Part shown: positions 27,352 to 38,233 of the stretch, piece after piece
Numbering within the stretch: position 1 is the stretch's first letter
Layout: each line of letters opens with the position of its first letter
Virus record (IMG/VR): IMGVR_UViG_3300031993_000015
Reading direction: 5' to 3' (one strand)
DNA from: a virus
Taxonomy: Duplodnaviria > Caudoviricetes
DNA: 64,000 bases
Notes under the pieces: model-generated
Seen by the model: the letters and a program-made list of their open reading frames with translations, nothing else
The model's database searches: none
What the model was told of the DNA's origin: nothing
Position numbers and translations under genes: made by a program

Positions 27352-29856
27352 ATGCGCTCAGACGGCGAACTCATTCTCGGTACAATCATTGTGTCAGCTC
27401 CGGAATACGGGCTGGCAATCGTCTGCACATCCGGCGGTACCCGTGTTGTGAAGGAGAAACTGCTGGCCTTCCTGCCATATAGCGATGCACGATGTGGTGC
27501 TCTGCTGCAGCAGCACATTCAGGACGGCAGCACAGTCATCTGCATGCGCAGCATCCAGTACCCGTACATGGCATACATCCTGACCGCTGTGAATGACGTC
27601 GGCTCTGATATGACAGACACACAGGCCGGCCGTGTGTTCTACAACACGAACGGGTTTACCACGGCGGACACCAATGTGTTCGATGCTGTGATCGACTCCA
27701 TGAAGAACTCCTTCGGTTCCCGCTTCAAGAACCATTCAAACAGCACGGACATGGATGTGCTGCCCGGTGATGTGGATATCGTGAATAACGGTGGGCCGGC
27801 CGGCATCCACGTCGGCAAATACCTGACCCAGATAAAGGGCTCTCCCCTGGCGTTCATCGACGTCGCCGCACTCTCCGACCAGATCAGACTGGTGGCCTCC
27901 AAGGTATCCACGCATACGCCAACCACGTTCCAGCAGACCAGCGATGAAGTCTCCGTGGACGACATGGCGGTCGATGCCGCAGAAGCGTTTGGTCTGGAGT
28001 CCGGATTTGGTGTTCTCAAGCAGGAGTATCAGGTCGAGAACAAAACAGTTCCGCTGTTCCGTATGCAGCACGTTCGCGGTCCTGCAGTGGACGGCGAGGA
28101 GCACACGATCAGCAACTTCCCTGAAGGCGAACAGATTCACACAGACCGCACAGAGCCGAACGTTCTGTCCAGGACACGGGAATCGCTGTCCGGCGAACTT
28201 TGCGATGCGTCCACGCTGTGCTACAGCAGTGTGAAGTCTCCGGCCATCGTGTCAATTCTGCAGTACGGCTATTTCCTGGTGAACAAGGATAAGGACGAGA
28301 AGGCTGCGAAAATCCTGGAGCTCCTGTCCCAATACCAGTACGAAGAACCGGAGGAAGAGGAGAAGGAAGTTCCGAAGCACACACTGAACCAGGAGATCAT
28401 GGATGCGGCTATCAATGGCATCGTTGACAAGCTCCTGTCCGGTGACTACATCGAGACACTGAAACAGCGTCTCGCTGCGGCCGGCCTGTATGTCGCAGAG
28501 AACCCGCTTTCCCTGCGCTTTGACAAGCACACGAAGACAGGCCCGACCACGAAGCCGTATTACGACCTGCCAAAGTCCTTGCAACTCACAGACCCAGTTA
28601 CTGGCAAGATTCATACATACTACGACTCCACGTCCTTCATTACCCAGCAGCCGGATGGTTCTATTTTGCTCTGCGATGGCTATGGCAGTGAGATTCGTAT
28701 GTCACAGGGCAACATCATTATCAGCCCTGCGCTGGATGTTATCTTGCGTCCAGGCCGCGATATGAGCGCGATGGTGTCCAGACACCTGTCTCTGAACGCA
28801 CAGGAATACGTCACAGTCAACAGCACCAGGAACATCTACATCAGAGCCACTGGAAACATGCAGCTGGCTGCAGCGACGTCTGTGGACAAAGACGGAAAGC
28901 CAAACGGCAAAGGAAAACTCACGCTTGAGTGCAACGACACGTCCAACTCGGAGAAGACCGGTATCATCATCAAGAGCCTCGGTAATGCTTCCTTCACAGG
29001 ACACAATCTGTACATAGGTATCAACAAGGGCAACAGTGAAGCAAAGGGTCGTGTTGAGAAGACAGATAACCCTGGTACAATCATACTGGATTCCGGTGAA
29101 GGCGGCGCGATTATCGAGCGCAGTTCACGACATCTGTCTGATACTCAGATGTTCACTGTCGTGACCTCCGGCGAAGTCAACACAGCGTTCACAGTTGGTG
29201 GCAACATCATCGGTCTCTACGCACAGCAGGTGGTTGCGCCTGTGGACCTCAATATGTCAGTCCTGGACGGGGCACAGAAGGTCACTGTGGTCCGTAACGG
29301 CGAGCTCCGTGTGCTGACAATCAGCACGTCCTCTACACCTGACCTTGTCATCAAGGGCAACATCGCAGCGTCTGGTCATGTCAAGATCGGTGGCAACATG
29401 CTGGTACTGCAGTCTGTGATTTCCAGAGGCAGCTACTATGTGAACAGCAGCCAGATCGTGGACAAGAAAGAGACGTTCGAGTCGATGGACATGCCGAGTA
29501 CGAAGACGAATCCCAATCTGGAGAACAGCACCGGCTCATCCGCTATGTACAGCCTGCGCACCACCCTGTATCAGGATGCGTATGTTGGCGGCAACAGCTT
29601 CCTGTTCCCGACCTATTACGGCTTCGGCAAAGACATCGTCATTCCCGGTATGGTCTGGCAGGAAGCCACAAGAGCCATCGTGAAGGACGTCTCCACAGTT
29701 GCCTGGAAAGAAGTACCGGTCATCAGTCTGGATGGCAAGAAAACGACAGCATGTTACCCAGGATGGAACGCCTGGGAATCTGGTCATATCACCAAGTCCG
29801 GTTACGAGCAGGACGATCTGCAGACCGGCTACATAACCAATACAGAAAAGGATTGA
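27352..29856 (+). CDS. probable baseplate central spike/hub (gp5/VgrG-like)
   Basis: 834 aa; N-terminal OB-like region; beta-helix-like strands FITQQPDGSILLCDGYGSEIRMSQGNIII. Confidence 0.55.
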   Translation: MRSDGELILGTIIVSAPEYGLAIVCTSGGTRVVKEKLLAFLPYSDARCGALLQQHIQDGSTVICMRSIQYPYMAYILTAVNDVGSDMTDTQAGRVFYNTNGFTTADTNVFDAVIDSMKNSFGSRFKNHSNSTDMDVLPGDVDIVNNGGPAGIHVGKYLTQIKGSPLAFIDVAALSDQIRLVASKVSTHTPTTFQQTSDEVSVDDMAVDAAEAFGLESGFGVLKQEYQVENKTVPLFRMQHVRGPAVDGEEHTISNFPEGEQIHTDRTEPNVLSRTRESLSGELCDASTLCYSSVKSPAIVSILQYGYFLVNKDKDEKAAKILELLSQYQYEEPEEEEKEVPKHTLNQEIMDAAINGIVDKLLSGDYIETLKQRLAAAGLYVAENPLSLRFDKHTKTGPTTKPYYDLPKSLQLTDPVTGKIHTYYDSTSFITQQPDGSILLCDGYGSEIRMSQGNIIISPALDVILRPGRDMSAMVSRHLSLNAQEYVTVNSTRNIYIRATGNMQLAAATSVDKDGKPNGKGKLTLECNDTSNSEKTGIIIKSLGNASFTGHNLYIGINKGNSEAKGRVEKTDNPGTIILDSGEGGAIIERSSRHLSDTQMFTVVTSGEVNTAFTVGGNIIGLYAQQVVAPVDLNMSVLDGAQKVTVVRNGELRVLTISTSSTPDLVIKGNIAASGHVKIGGNMLVLQSVISRGSYYVNSSQIVDKKETFESMDMPSTKTNPNLENSTGSSAMYSLRTTLYQDAYVGGNSFLFPTYYGFGKDIVIPGMVWQEATRAIVKDVSTVAWKEVPVISLDGKKTTACYPGWNAWESGHITKSGYEQDDLQTGYITNTEKD

Positions 29857-29860
29857 TACC

Positions 29861-30457
29861 ATGCCCGACGAAGAGAAGAAATACATTTGTCCATGCTGCG
29901 GCCAGGAAACGCCAAGTCAGCCTGTCAAGGTAGATGGCAAGGTCGTGGATGACTATCTGGCCAGCATCATGACCGGTGAACCGTTCAATCACACCTTCCC
30001 GCTCTACGACGGCAAGCTGAAGATCACAATTAAGGCGGCATCGCGTGAAGAAGGGCTGAAATTGTATGATTTCGTGCTACTGGTTGAGCCGTTCGCGGCC
30101 GACTCTTCACAGCTCCGTGACCTGATCGGAATCGTGAACTCCTACTGCATGGTCAGCAAGATCATCGTGAAGCACGACAAGGAAGAGAGCGTCTACATGC
30201 CGTCCAAGTATGTCATCGAGGAGTGCTACAAGCTCGTAGAGACCTATGGGAAGGCTGACATGCGTGATGACGAGAACAAGACCAAGTTCCTGCAGGACGT
30301 GCAGGCAGCCTACACCAGGCTGTCCAGCCATGATGTTCTGTCATCCACGCCGCCGGCGATCATGAACAGGGTCATCAACGAGTTCAAGAAGTTGGAGACG
30401 ACTCTTCTGGAGGCTGGGTTCGACGAAAATTTTTGGCAGGGTATCGCGCTTGCCTGA
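29861..30457 (+). CDS. probable tail assembly chaperone
   Basis: 198 aa, N-terminal CPCCG; two genes upstream of the tape measure; ends near slippery A-AAT-TTT. Confidence 0.5.
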   Translation: MPDEEKKYICPCCGQETPSQPVKVDGKVVDDYLASIMTGEPFNHTFPLYDGKLKITIKAASREEGLKLYDFVLLVEPFAADSSQLRDLIGIVNSYCMVSKIIVKHDKEESVYMPSKYVIEECYKLVETYGKADMRDDENKTKFLQDVQAAYTRLSSHDVLSSTPPAIMNRVINEFKKLETTLLEAGFDENFWQGIALA

Positions 30458-30813
30458 TGCTCTGCCTGCCGGAGTTCGATACCTACCACACGCTTGAACA
30501 GTACGCCAGAGACCCTGAGAACAGTCGCACCAACCTGGCGCTGCGTGTCCTGAAGCGCCGCGCCACGCTGCAGCTGCAGTGGCGCATCGTGTGCTGCCGT
30601 CTGGCGAGTCCGAGAAATATCGACAAGTTGGAGGATATCCAATATGGACGCTCCGAAGCACAGACTGAAGATAAGAAGCCTGCACCTAAACTATTCGATC
30701 CGAACAACATGACGAACGAGCAGATTATGGATGTCTATCAGCAGGCTGTAGCCTCAGTTGGGTGGACCATTGACCCGGAGGCTTTAGCAAAGGCTCAACA
30801 GCAAGGCGGATAA
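30433..30813 (+). CDS. tail chaperone downstream ORF (-1 frameshift extension, or ATG 30457 start)
   Basis: In the -1 frame relative to 29861..30457; immediately precedes the tape measure. Confidence 0.55.
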   Translation: MAGYRACLMLCLPEFDTYHTLEQYARDPENSRTNLALRVLKRRATLQLQWRIVCCRLASPRNIDKLEDIQYGRSEAQTEDKKPAPKLFDPNNMTNEQIMDVYQQAVASVGWTIDPEALAKAQQQGG

Positions 30814-30816
30814 CAC

Positions 30817-33690
30817 ATGGGACCCTCGAATACAACTCTTAATTCGCTGTTACAAATGCTTCCAGCCCAGGCACTTGGACTGGATGCAAACTCACCTGTG
30901 GGGCAGCAGGCCAGCCAGATGCTGGTCCAGATGCTGAAGAACTACATCATCGAGCCCATGACAGGTATCAGTTCCACGGATCCTCTGTGGAATGCTACGC
31001 TGTACAGCAACATGACGAACTTCGGCATTACGATGCAGAACATGAATACCGCTGCCAATGTGCAGGGTATGAGCAACATGCTGCAGATGCAGGCATCAGC
31101 GCGTTACCAGTTCTTTGAGGGTCTGAACAGAACAGCTTTCTCCAGGGATGCTTTTGATAAGATGTCTTTGGAGCAGCGCGGTGGCTGGACCAACTACGAT
31201 GCGTTCATAGAGCACAAGACTCAGGGCATGATGGACAACAAGCTGATGTCCATGCTCATGATGAACGGTATCTGGGACCCGACCGGCAAAATGATGGCTT
31301 CCTACAACTTGAAGGAGGCTTCTTCGAACATCGCACGTACCTCCATGTGGCGTGGCGAGAAGAACTGGGCGGATAAGGCTGATGCCGTCGGCCAGATGTT
31401 CCTGAACGATAAGTACGAGCTGGACTACAACAAGCTCGATTACGGCGGTATGTCTCTGAATGAGACCACGGCTCTGGTTGCGGCGCTGACTGAGAACCTG
31501 AACTTTGCACCAGGCGGTGGACCGGACGGTATCAAACAGGCCACAGAGAAGCTACGCGAACGTGTCAAGGATATGACAAACGCGATGGCGCCTCTGAAGG
31601 ACCTGTTCGGTGACGACGTCCCGAAGATGATCCGGTTCCTGGAGGATCTGTCCGGCCGTGATCTGCGGCAACTTGACAGCAGTACGGTGGCAAAGCTGTC
31701 CAGGAACACAATGAACGACATCATGACTGGTGCTTACACAGCGGCTCAGATACAGGACATGACAACAAAGCTGGAGGCAGGTATGTCACAGATGAATGTC
31801 CCGTATCAGATCGCCGGTGGTGCTGGTGCGTTGGCTGGTCAGATTCTGGCGGCTACCAACTACGGCTTTACACCGTCCATGATGACGAAGAGCCAGTATG
31901 AGCGTGCTGTCACAGATAGATCTGTGCGCCAGGCTGCATCTCCGTACGCCAACAATATGAACCTTGCCTATGCTGTCTGGCAGAGTAGACAGGGTACCAA
32001 TGATTCTTCTACGGAAGAGTTCACACGGCAGTACGAGGCTCTGATTGCCGGCGGCATGACTGCTGAACGCGCTATGCTGGAGATGTCCGGTTCAACCTCG
32101 ATACACCAGATGGCACAGCGCGGTTATGCTCTGTCCGGTTACAACACAGCAGTCACAGCAGGTCTTGGCGCACGTGCCGCCGGTGCTCGTAGCGTGGAAA
32201 GCAGACTGCGTGCCTTCAGACGCGGTCGCAATGGTGCAGAACGTGCTGGTGTCGATGAGATCCTGGACTGGATGCGGAACAACCAAGACGAGACTCTCGA
32301 AGACTTCGTTCGTCGTATCAATGAGCGGGATGCTGATGACGGCACTCGCATGGCGCTTACAAGAATCCAGCAGGAAGGCCGCTATGAGGCACTGCGTACA
32401 GATTTCTTCAAGTTTGGTGAGCAGCGTGATGTCGATGTCAAACGCAGAAACGCGGAGCGTGTTCGTCAGCGTTCAGAGTTCCGTGAGAAACTTTTCGGTG
32501 CGGCTATGGATCATCCGTCCGATGCCGGTGAACTTCTGGTTCGTATGCTCACAGGTGGTGCGAACCAGGGCTTTGATACAGAAGAGCTCAAGCAGCGCTT
32601 CCAGGGTATACCGGATATTGAAGACTGGATGGAAAAAGCCGGCCTCACTGAGCAGGATCTGTCCAATATAAAGGCTGTTTCTGAAGCCACTATGGCAGGC
32701 GAAACATCTAAAATGACCGACGTCGAGCGCAATAAAAAGAACATCGACGTGATGAAGAAATATATCGAGGACTTCGATACTGATCCACGTCGTAAAGAAT
32801 ACCTGCAGCGCTTTGTGGATGCCTACAAGGAAACAGGCTCAGCTGAAGATGCGCAGATTCTGAGAACAGCAAATAGCATGACTACGGATGCTCTTGCCGA
32901 GTTCTTCAGCAAGGACAATAAAAACGAGACACTGAGCGGTGTCATTCGTGGTGCTTTGGTGAATTTCAACAATAAAAATGAAAAAGCCACAAGCATGTAT
33001 AACACGATAAAGAACGCTGTTGGTGAAGACGGTCGCATTGATCGGTCAAAGCTGAAAGGTGTTACTGCGCCAGAAGCAATGGAAGCAATCTGGAGTGACT
33101 ACAAAGAGCACCAGAAAGATGCTGACTACAGTGAGCAGTTCCAGGCACATCTGAAGGACTTCCTTGATAAGGGACCGAAGACAGGGTCTGCTGATGAATT
33201 TATAAATGACGCCATACGAGAAGTCCGCATTTATCAGATGCTGGATGCTAAAGATGACTCGAAAGAGTCACAGACTATAAAGCATGCAAAGAGCTTGCTT
33301 AGTAATATCTTGGGCGATGAAAAGTCTGCCAATGATCTCGTACGCCAGTATAGCACAGATGTCGTTATAGGCGGCATGTCCGAAGAAAAGTGGAAAGAAA
33401 ACGCCATAAAGACTGGCGGTGCAAAGGTTGCTGAAAACTGGGAACGCATCCAGGAACAACTTGGTGTAGTCGCGAAAACAGTTGCCGGCGCACCGGATGT
33501 AGTGCAGCCTGAGAAGAAGTCACTGGAAGACATCATGGCCGAGCTCGCAAATCCAGACGGTGTTCTTGGAAAGCTGTCAACAGCCGTTGACAATCTTCTC
33601 GGATTCCTGAATGGTCAGGGTGCCGGCAAAGGTAACGAAAATGGACACCTTAAACAAGCTGGTGAAACAGAAAAGAAAGGCGGTGGCTGA
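30817..33690 (+). CDS. tape measure protein
   Basis: 957 aa, helical, Met/Ala-rich, follows the chaperone pair in the tail module. Confidence 0.7.
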   Translation: MGPSNTTLNSLLQMLPAQALGLDANSPVGQQASQMLVQMLKNYIIEPMTGISSTDPLWNATLYSNMTNFGITMQNMNTAANVQGMSNMLQMQASARYQFFEGLNRTAFSRDAFDKMSLEQRGGWTNYDAFIEHKTQGMMDNKLMSMLMMNGIWDPTGKMMASYNLKEASSNIARTSMWRGEKNWADKADAVGQMFLNDKYELDYNKLDYGGMSLNETTALVAALTENLNFAPGGGPDGIKQATEKLRERVKDMTNAMAPLKDLFGDDVPKMIRFLEDLSGRDLRQLDSSTVAKLSRNTMNDIMTGAYTAAQIQDMTTKLEAGMSQMNVPYQIAGGAGALAGQILAATNYGFTPSMMTKSQYERAVTDRSVRQAASPYANNMNLAYAVWQSRQGTNDSSTEEFTRQYEALIAGGMTAERAMLEMSGSTSIHQMAQRGYALSGYNTAVTAGLGARAAGARSVESRLRAFRRGRNGAERAGVDEILDWMRNNQDETLEDFVRRINERDADDGTRMALTRIQQEGRYEALRTDFFKFGEQRDVDVKRRNAERVRQRSEFREKLFGAAMDHPSDAGELLVRMLTGGANQGFDTEELKQRFQGIPDIEDWMEKAGLTEQDLSNIKAVSEATMAGETSKMTDVERNKKNIDVMKKYIEDFDTDPRRKEYLQRFVDAYKETGSAEDAQILRTANSMTTDALAEFFSKDNKNETLSGVIRGALVNFNNKNEKATSMYNTIKNAVGEDGRIDRSKLKGVTAPEAMEAIWSDYKEHQKDADYSEQFQAHLKDFLDKGPKTGSADEFINDAIREVRIYQMLDAKDDSKESQTIKHAKSLLSNILGDEKSANDLVRQYSTDVVIGGMSEEKWKENAIKTGGAKVAENWERIQEQLGVVAKTVAGAPDVVQPEKKSLEDIMAELANPDGVLGKLSTAVDNLLGFLNGQGAGKGNENGHLKQAGETEKKGGG

Positions 33691-34253
33691 TGAGTGATCG
33701 CATCCAGATATTCCCTGAAGCAGGTGGTATCTCCTTCGCAGACGTGAAGGACTCGAACACCGCCTATGTGACTGTTACACCGGTGCTTGTGAAGAGCTCC
33801 AGCAAGTCAATCAAGACACGGGCTACAGGTAGTAGCGGGAACAAAAAGAACGCGTCTGCACTATTCGCGCACATGCCGATCACAGGTATTGTCATAAACC
33901 AGGGCGTTGATATGTCCATATCAAAAACACTCAACTCGGACTTCCTGGTGTCGGAGTTTGGCGATCACCCTGTTCAGATTACTCTGGCCGGTATTGACTT
34001 CTACGGGACCTGCGAGGGAAGCAATCAGGAACAACACAAGCAGATCATGGACTTCTACGAGCAGAACAAGCTGAGTGCCAACATTAACAACCGCATTGAC
34101 ATCAGCATTACGCCTGCATCCTCTCCGAACAGCGGCGCGTTCCGCTGCATCCTGATGAAGATGAGAACGACGGCTCCGGCTATGGAAGGCCAGGGGCTTA
34201 CTCCTGCATACAGATACGAAATGAACCTGATAGGAGTCAGACGGACAAAATGA
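33690..34253 (+). CDS. probable tail tube initiator/baseplate protein
   Basis: 187 aa after the tape measure; FGDHPVQITLAG tube-fold-like segment. Confidence 0.5.
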   Translation: MSDRIQIFPEAGGISFADVKDSNTAYVTVTPVLVKSSSKSIKTRATGSSGNKKNASALFAHMPITGIVINQGVDMSISKTLNSDFLVSEFGDHPVQITLAGIDFYGTCEGSNQEQHKQIMDFYEQNKLSANINNRIDISITPASSPNSGAFRCILMKMRTTAPAMEGQGLTPAYRYEMNLIGVRRTK

Positions 34254-34690
34254 TTGAGATCAACAAGCTCTACGGTGTCCTTCTCGGTACCACTGCTGTG
34301 CCTGCGGCCTACGAGTGGTACAAGAAGAAATTCACAGTTTGCACGACGAACGACAAGATCAATAACATTCTGGCTATTCTGTGCCTCACTGTACCGGAAG
34401 CCAGACGTGCTGTGTTCGCCTGTATTATCTGCAACGCTGTGCTCCATACGGTCTTCGGCAAGGAGATTGAGAAACTCGATCCGGTGAACACCTATGTTCC
34501 TGTAAAGCGTCCGACCGAAGACAACGATGACCAGGACTTCTGTCTGTTCCAAATGATAGGCAATGCCCAGACATACCAGGCACTCAAACAGTACCTGGAT
34601 GACGACATCAAGGAGAAGCTGGTGGCTCCGACCTTTGTTGATTACATCGCAGCCGGCTGTCTTCAGATCTTGAGAGAGCTTGCGAAATGA
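34250..34690 (+). CDS. hypothetical protein
   Basis: 146 aa, ATGA-coupled at both ends. Confidence 0.7.
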   Translation: MIEINKLYGVLLGTTAVPAAYEWYKKKFTVCTTNDKINNILAILCLTVPEARRAVFACIICNAVLHTVFGKEIEKLDPVNTYVPVKRPTEDNDDQDFCLFQMIGNAQTYQALKQYLDDDIKEKLVAPTFVDYIAAGCLQILRELAK

Positions 34691-36669
34691 GTGGGAATCT
34701 TGCAGCACACTCCGTCGGCGTTCTGCTGATGGGTGTTCATAACCTGTACAATGAAGACGGCGACGACAAGGTGTCGCTGTACTGCTGCACACATCTCGAA
34801 TATAGCCTGGGCATCAACGAATTGCCGACGATTACGGCTACAATCGGTATAGGCTCACCTATCTCCGGAAAAGAGGCCACACTGAACAATACGAATGGCT
34901 CCATCAGCGACCTGCTCAGTGCTGGCATGCAACGTCGTGCTACGGCTTCCAAGTTCCTGCGCTGTTCCTTCTACGAGGCTGACAACGATGGTACCTGGAA
35001 GGCTGCGATCTTCCGTGGACATATCATCAGTATTTCCGAGGTCATCAAGACAGCCAGCGGTCATTTGAAGGCTCTACGTGTCATGTGCATGGGCATTGGC
35101 GCTATGCTGCATATATCGCCGCTTGCCGGTTACAGAAGGACGAACAGTTCTATCCTGGTGGAAGGCGCGAGCGGCAGCATGGAAGCACCCACAGCTGGTT
35201 CTATGAATACCAGTGTTGTTGAACCGTACACGGCACTACAGAACACGACGGAAGACGAGCTGTGTGATGTCTATGCAGACAGTCTGCTGTCTTGCGATAT
35301 TCTGACAAAGGCTGCTTTGCTGGCCAATGTGATCGCTGCTATGGGTGAAGTAACGAACGGCGAGGGTGCTGATTTTGTTGAAGTACCTGATGACGAATTA
35401 CTTGGAATCAAGAAATGTATCTTCTGCGACTATTATCTGGACAAGACCGAGATGCACGCTGATGCAGAGGTCGGTTTTGATACGTATCTTGGCCGACAGC
35501 TGATAACCACGCTGCAACAGTCGTCCGTGCTGGATTCTCTGGTTACTACACTTACAGGCATGGATGTCATGATGAACCTGGTTCCGCACTTTGTGTTTGG
35601 CGGACACGCTGACGACTTCCGCATGGAACTGCGGCCGATAGATGCCTGGAATGCGGTTGACATTATCACGATTCCGAACAAGAACGTTGTAGAGTGTAAC
35701 ACCAGCATGAATTACATGGCGCACCTGAACGATCCGGACGTGCTTGTCGTGGACTACTCATCTGGTGCCGGTTCTGCTGACGGAAGCAAGACCAGCGGTG
35801 AAGCCACAGGCTGTTTCGGTGTGTACTCAACCAACAAAGATATCCGCCGCTGGGCAAAGTACAGATATACAGGCAGTAAAGAACTGGAAGCAGCTGCGAA
35901 TAAGATCGAAGGTCTGTCTCCGAAAGTGCGCTATGCAAATGCGCCTGTCTGGCTGGACTTTGCCATGCTGAACCAGCTGCAGGGCAGTACAACGGTCAAG
36001 ATGCCGAAGTTCACTCCGCAGAACGACAATGAGGCAAAAGGCGGCGATAAGACTGCACAGGAAAACGACGAGATCCGTGCAGGTATTATCGCAGATCAGA
36101 TTGCGAAAGCTATGTATCTGTATCTGCATGGTGCATCTGATGTCGCGTCATTCCAGTTGACTACAGATGTTCGCTTTGGGCTGAACAACTCGATTGGCTG
36201 TTTGGAGAACCACATAGGAAAGACCATTGACATCTTCGGTTACAGAGGAATCCTGAAGCAGATTCGATATGTCTATGCCTCTGGGCAATCAACGAACAAC
36301 TCCTACATGATAACGCTCGACAGAGTTCGCAAGCGCAACACCAAAGAGCCGAAGATCACATGCCCGCTGTATCGAAAAGGCGAACACAATGACTATCTTA
36401 CGGGGAACAACGAGTTATGGGCAGATACGGCAAAGCAGCGCGAAGCATTCAAGAAGCAAACAGCTGCCCAGGATGATGAACTCGCAGCCTTTGAAGAACT
36501 CTACAACGAGATTGGTGTATCGGATAGTCAGACTGATGTCAAAGATGAGCTCATTTCCACAGCCAAAACAGTTGTAAAGACTGTGAAAGCACTTGCCGAA
36601 TCTTCTGGTATCGTGAAAGGTATTGTGAACATAGCGCAGGCCGTTGCTGATCATGTACGTTCGGAGTAA
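34687..36669 (+). CDS. probable baseplate hub protein
   Basis: 660 aa; LEYSLGINELPTITATI…IFRGHI pattern typical of gpD/gp27-like hubs; gene position. Confidence 0.45.
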   Translation: MSGNLAAHSVGVLLMGVHNLYNEDGDDKVSLYCCTHLEYSLGINELPTITATIGIGSPISGKEATLNNTNGSISDLLSAGMQRRATASKFLRCSFYEADNDGTWKAAIFRGHIISISEVIKTASGHLKALRVMCMGIGAMLHISPLAGYRRTNSSILVEGASGSMEAPTAGSMNTSVVEPYTALQNTTEDELCDVYADSLLSCDILTKAALLANVIAAMGEVTNGEGADFVEVPDDELLGIKKCIFCDYYLDKTEMHADAEVGFDTYLGRQLITTLQQSSVLDSLVTTLTGMDVMMNLVPHFVFGGHADDFRMELRPIDAWNAVDIITIPNKNVVECNTSMNYMAHLNDPDVLVVDYSSGAGSADGSKTSGEATGCFGVYSTNKDIRRWAKYRYTGSKELEAAANKIEGLSPKVRYANAPVWLDFAMLNQLQGSTTVKMPKFTPQNDNEAKGGDKTAQENDEIRAGIIADQIAKAMYLYLHGASDVASFQLTTDVRFGLNNSIGCLENHIGKTIDIFGYRGILKQIRYVYASGQSTNNSYMITLDRVRKRNTKEPKITCPLYRKGEHNDYLTGNNELWADTAKQREAFKKQTAAQDDELAAFEELYNEIGVSDSQTDVKDELISTAKTVVKTVKALAESSGIVKGIVNIAQAVADHVRSE

Positions 36670-36696
36670 GACGGTACAGGTAATAAGAGGTGACAC

Positions 36697-37503
36697 ATGG
36701 AAAACGTTTTCGATAAAATCAACAAGACGATGCCGAAGGCGACCGCCGAGGAACTGGAACAGCTGGATGAGGACATCACTGTAGCTCCCATTGAGCAGTT
36801 CAAGTCCAAGACGCTCAAGAACCTTGTACTGGACTGGCAAAAAGACCAGAACCCTGAAAAGACGTCGTTTATGCTGAAGAAGCTGAAACCGACCATCAAC
36901 TCCGCCCTGACCAGTTTTGCACCAGGCATGGAGAAATCCCTGTACATCAAGGCTACCAAGCTGGCACTCGATGCGGCTCGTACATACGATCCGTCCTACG
37001 GTACGGATCCCAGTACCCATGTGTTCCACACTCTGAAGCGCCTGTATCGGTTCGGCGCCAAGCGCAATAACATCATGCCAGTCTCGGAGCGCAGCTATGC
37101 CGAGTCACGTTATGTCAAGGAATTGGCAGCCGAATTTGAAGACGCCAAGGGTCGTGAGCCATCCGCGATGGAACTGGCAGACCGTTCCGGTTTCTCGCTG
37201 AAGAAGATCAACAAGATTCTCAGCCAGAACAAAATCAGGAACGACAGCTCGACCATCAACCCGGAGACGCATCAGTCCTATGTCGGCATGTCTGACCTGG
37301 ATGACGACGATTACTTCGAGTATGTCTACGCCAGTGTTGGCCCTATTGACCAGAAGATCATGGAGTGGTCCTCCGGCAAGCACGGCCGGCCGCTTCTGTC
37401 CAATACGGCAATCGCCCAGAAACTCCATGTCACGCCGGCTGCTGTATCTCAGCGCCGCGCAAAGATCATGGGCATGATGTCTGATGTCAGGAGCATGTTA
37501 TGA
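36697..37503 (+). CDS. sigma70-family RNA polymerase sigma factor (FliA/SigF-like architecture)
   Basis: Region 2 ALDAARTYDPSYGTDPSTH; region 3 GREPSAMELADRSG; region 4 HTH LSNTAIAQKLHVTPAAVSQRR. Confidence 0.85.
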   Translation: MENVFDKINKTMPKATAEELEQLDEDITVAPIEQFKSKTLKNLVLDWQKDQNPEKTSFMLKKLKPTINSALTSFAPGMEKSLYIKATKLALDAARTYDPSYGTDPSTHVFHTLKRLYRFGAKRNNIMPVSERSYAESRYVKELAAEFEDAKGREPSAMELADRSGFSLKKINKILSQNKIRNDSSTINPETHQSYVGMSDLDDDDYFEYVYASVGPIDQKIMEWSSGKHGRPLLSNTAIAQKLHVTPAAVSQRRAKIMGMMSDVRSML

Positions 37504-37862
37504 AGCATTCCCAGGACGTACTGCTCAAGTCTATGCAGGCCGAGAAAGCCTCTCTGGATTCTGCGCTGTCTGCCTTCTCGATGAACTACAAGAAGGAGGC
37601 TGCACCTGTAATACCGACCAGGAGCCAGTCCAACGACAAGTATGCCACGGAGCTTGAGAGTAAGGGCAAGAAGACGCTCTACACGATGGTGCAGACCACG
37701 ACGGCTGTCAGACAGGTTCACGAAGCATCCCGTGCCCAGCGCGATGCCGAGATTATCAATGCCGGCCATAAAAAGCTGATGTTTTCATGCATCAAGGCCG
37801 CCGCGAATCGCAGTGAGAAGCTGGAACGTGCGATGCAGGCCATCAAGGAGACACCTCAATGA
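37500..37862 (+). CDS. hypothetical protein
   Basis: 120 aa, coupled to its neighbours. Confidence 0.7.
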   Translation: MKHSQDVLLKSMQAEKASLDSALSAFSMNYKKEAAPVIPTRSQSNDKYATELESKGKKTLYTMVQTTTAVRQVHEASRAQRDAEIINAGHKKLMFSCIKAAANRSEKLERAMQAIKETPQ

Positions 37863-38233
37863 AAGATCTCCAGATCATACCGGCTGAAGAAGGTCGCGTT
37901 GAGTTCTATCCGAGAACGGCATCCGAAGACACAGGGCTGATGCTCCTGCAACGACTCTATGTCATGCTGTTCAGTGACCAGTCAGAAGGCTACAGGACAG
38001 GCGACGGCGGGTACACTTTGTGGAACTTCCTGGAGGGCGGCAACATCCCTCCGAAACAGATATTCGATGCGATCCTGGCTACCAGCTGTGCATCTGCTGT
38101 AAACATGCTGGATGACGAGGACAGGGAACTGATCGAATCGTTCTCAGGCGAGGGATTCAACGACGGCTCGGCGATACTTACGCTGGTGCTGGAAGATGGA
38201 ACAACAGTGAAAGGAAAGCTGAACAATGGCTGA
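37859..38233 (+). CDS. probable baseplate wedge subunit (gp25-like)
   Basis: 124 aa directly upstream of the baseplate J-like gene. Confidence 0.45.
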   Translation: MKDLQIIPAEEGRVEFYPRTASEDTGLMLLQRLYVMLFSDQSEGYRTGDGGYTLWNFLEGGNIPPKQIFDAILATSCASAVNMLDDEDRELIESFSGEGFNDGSAILTLVLEDGTTVKGKLNNG

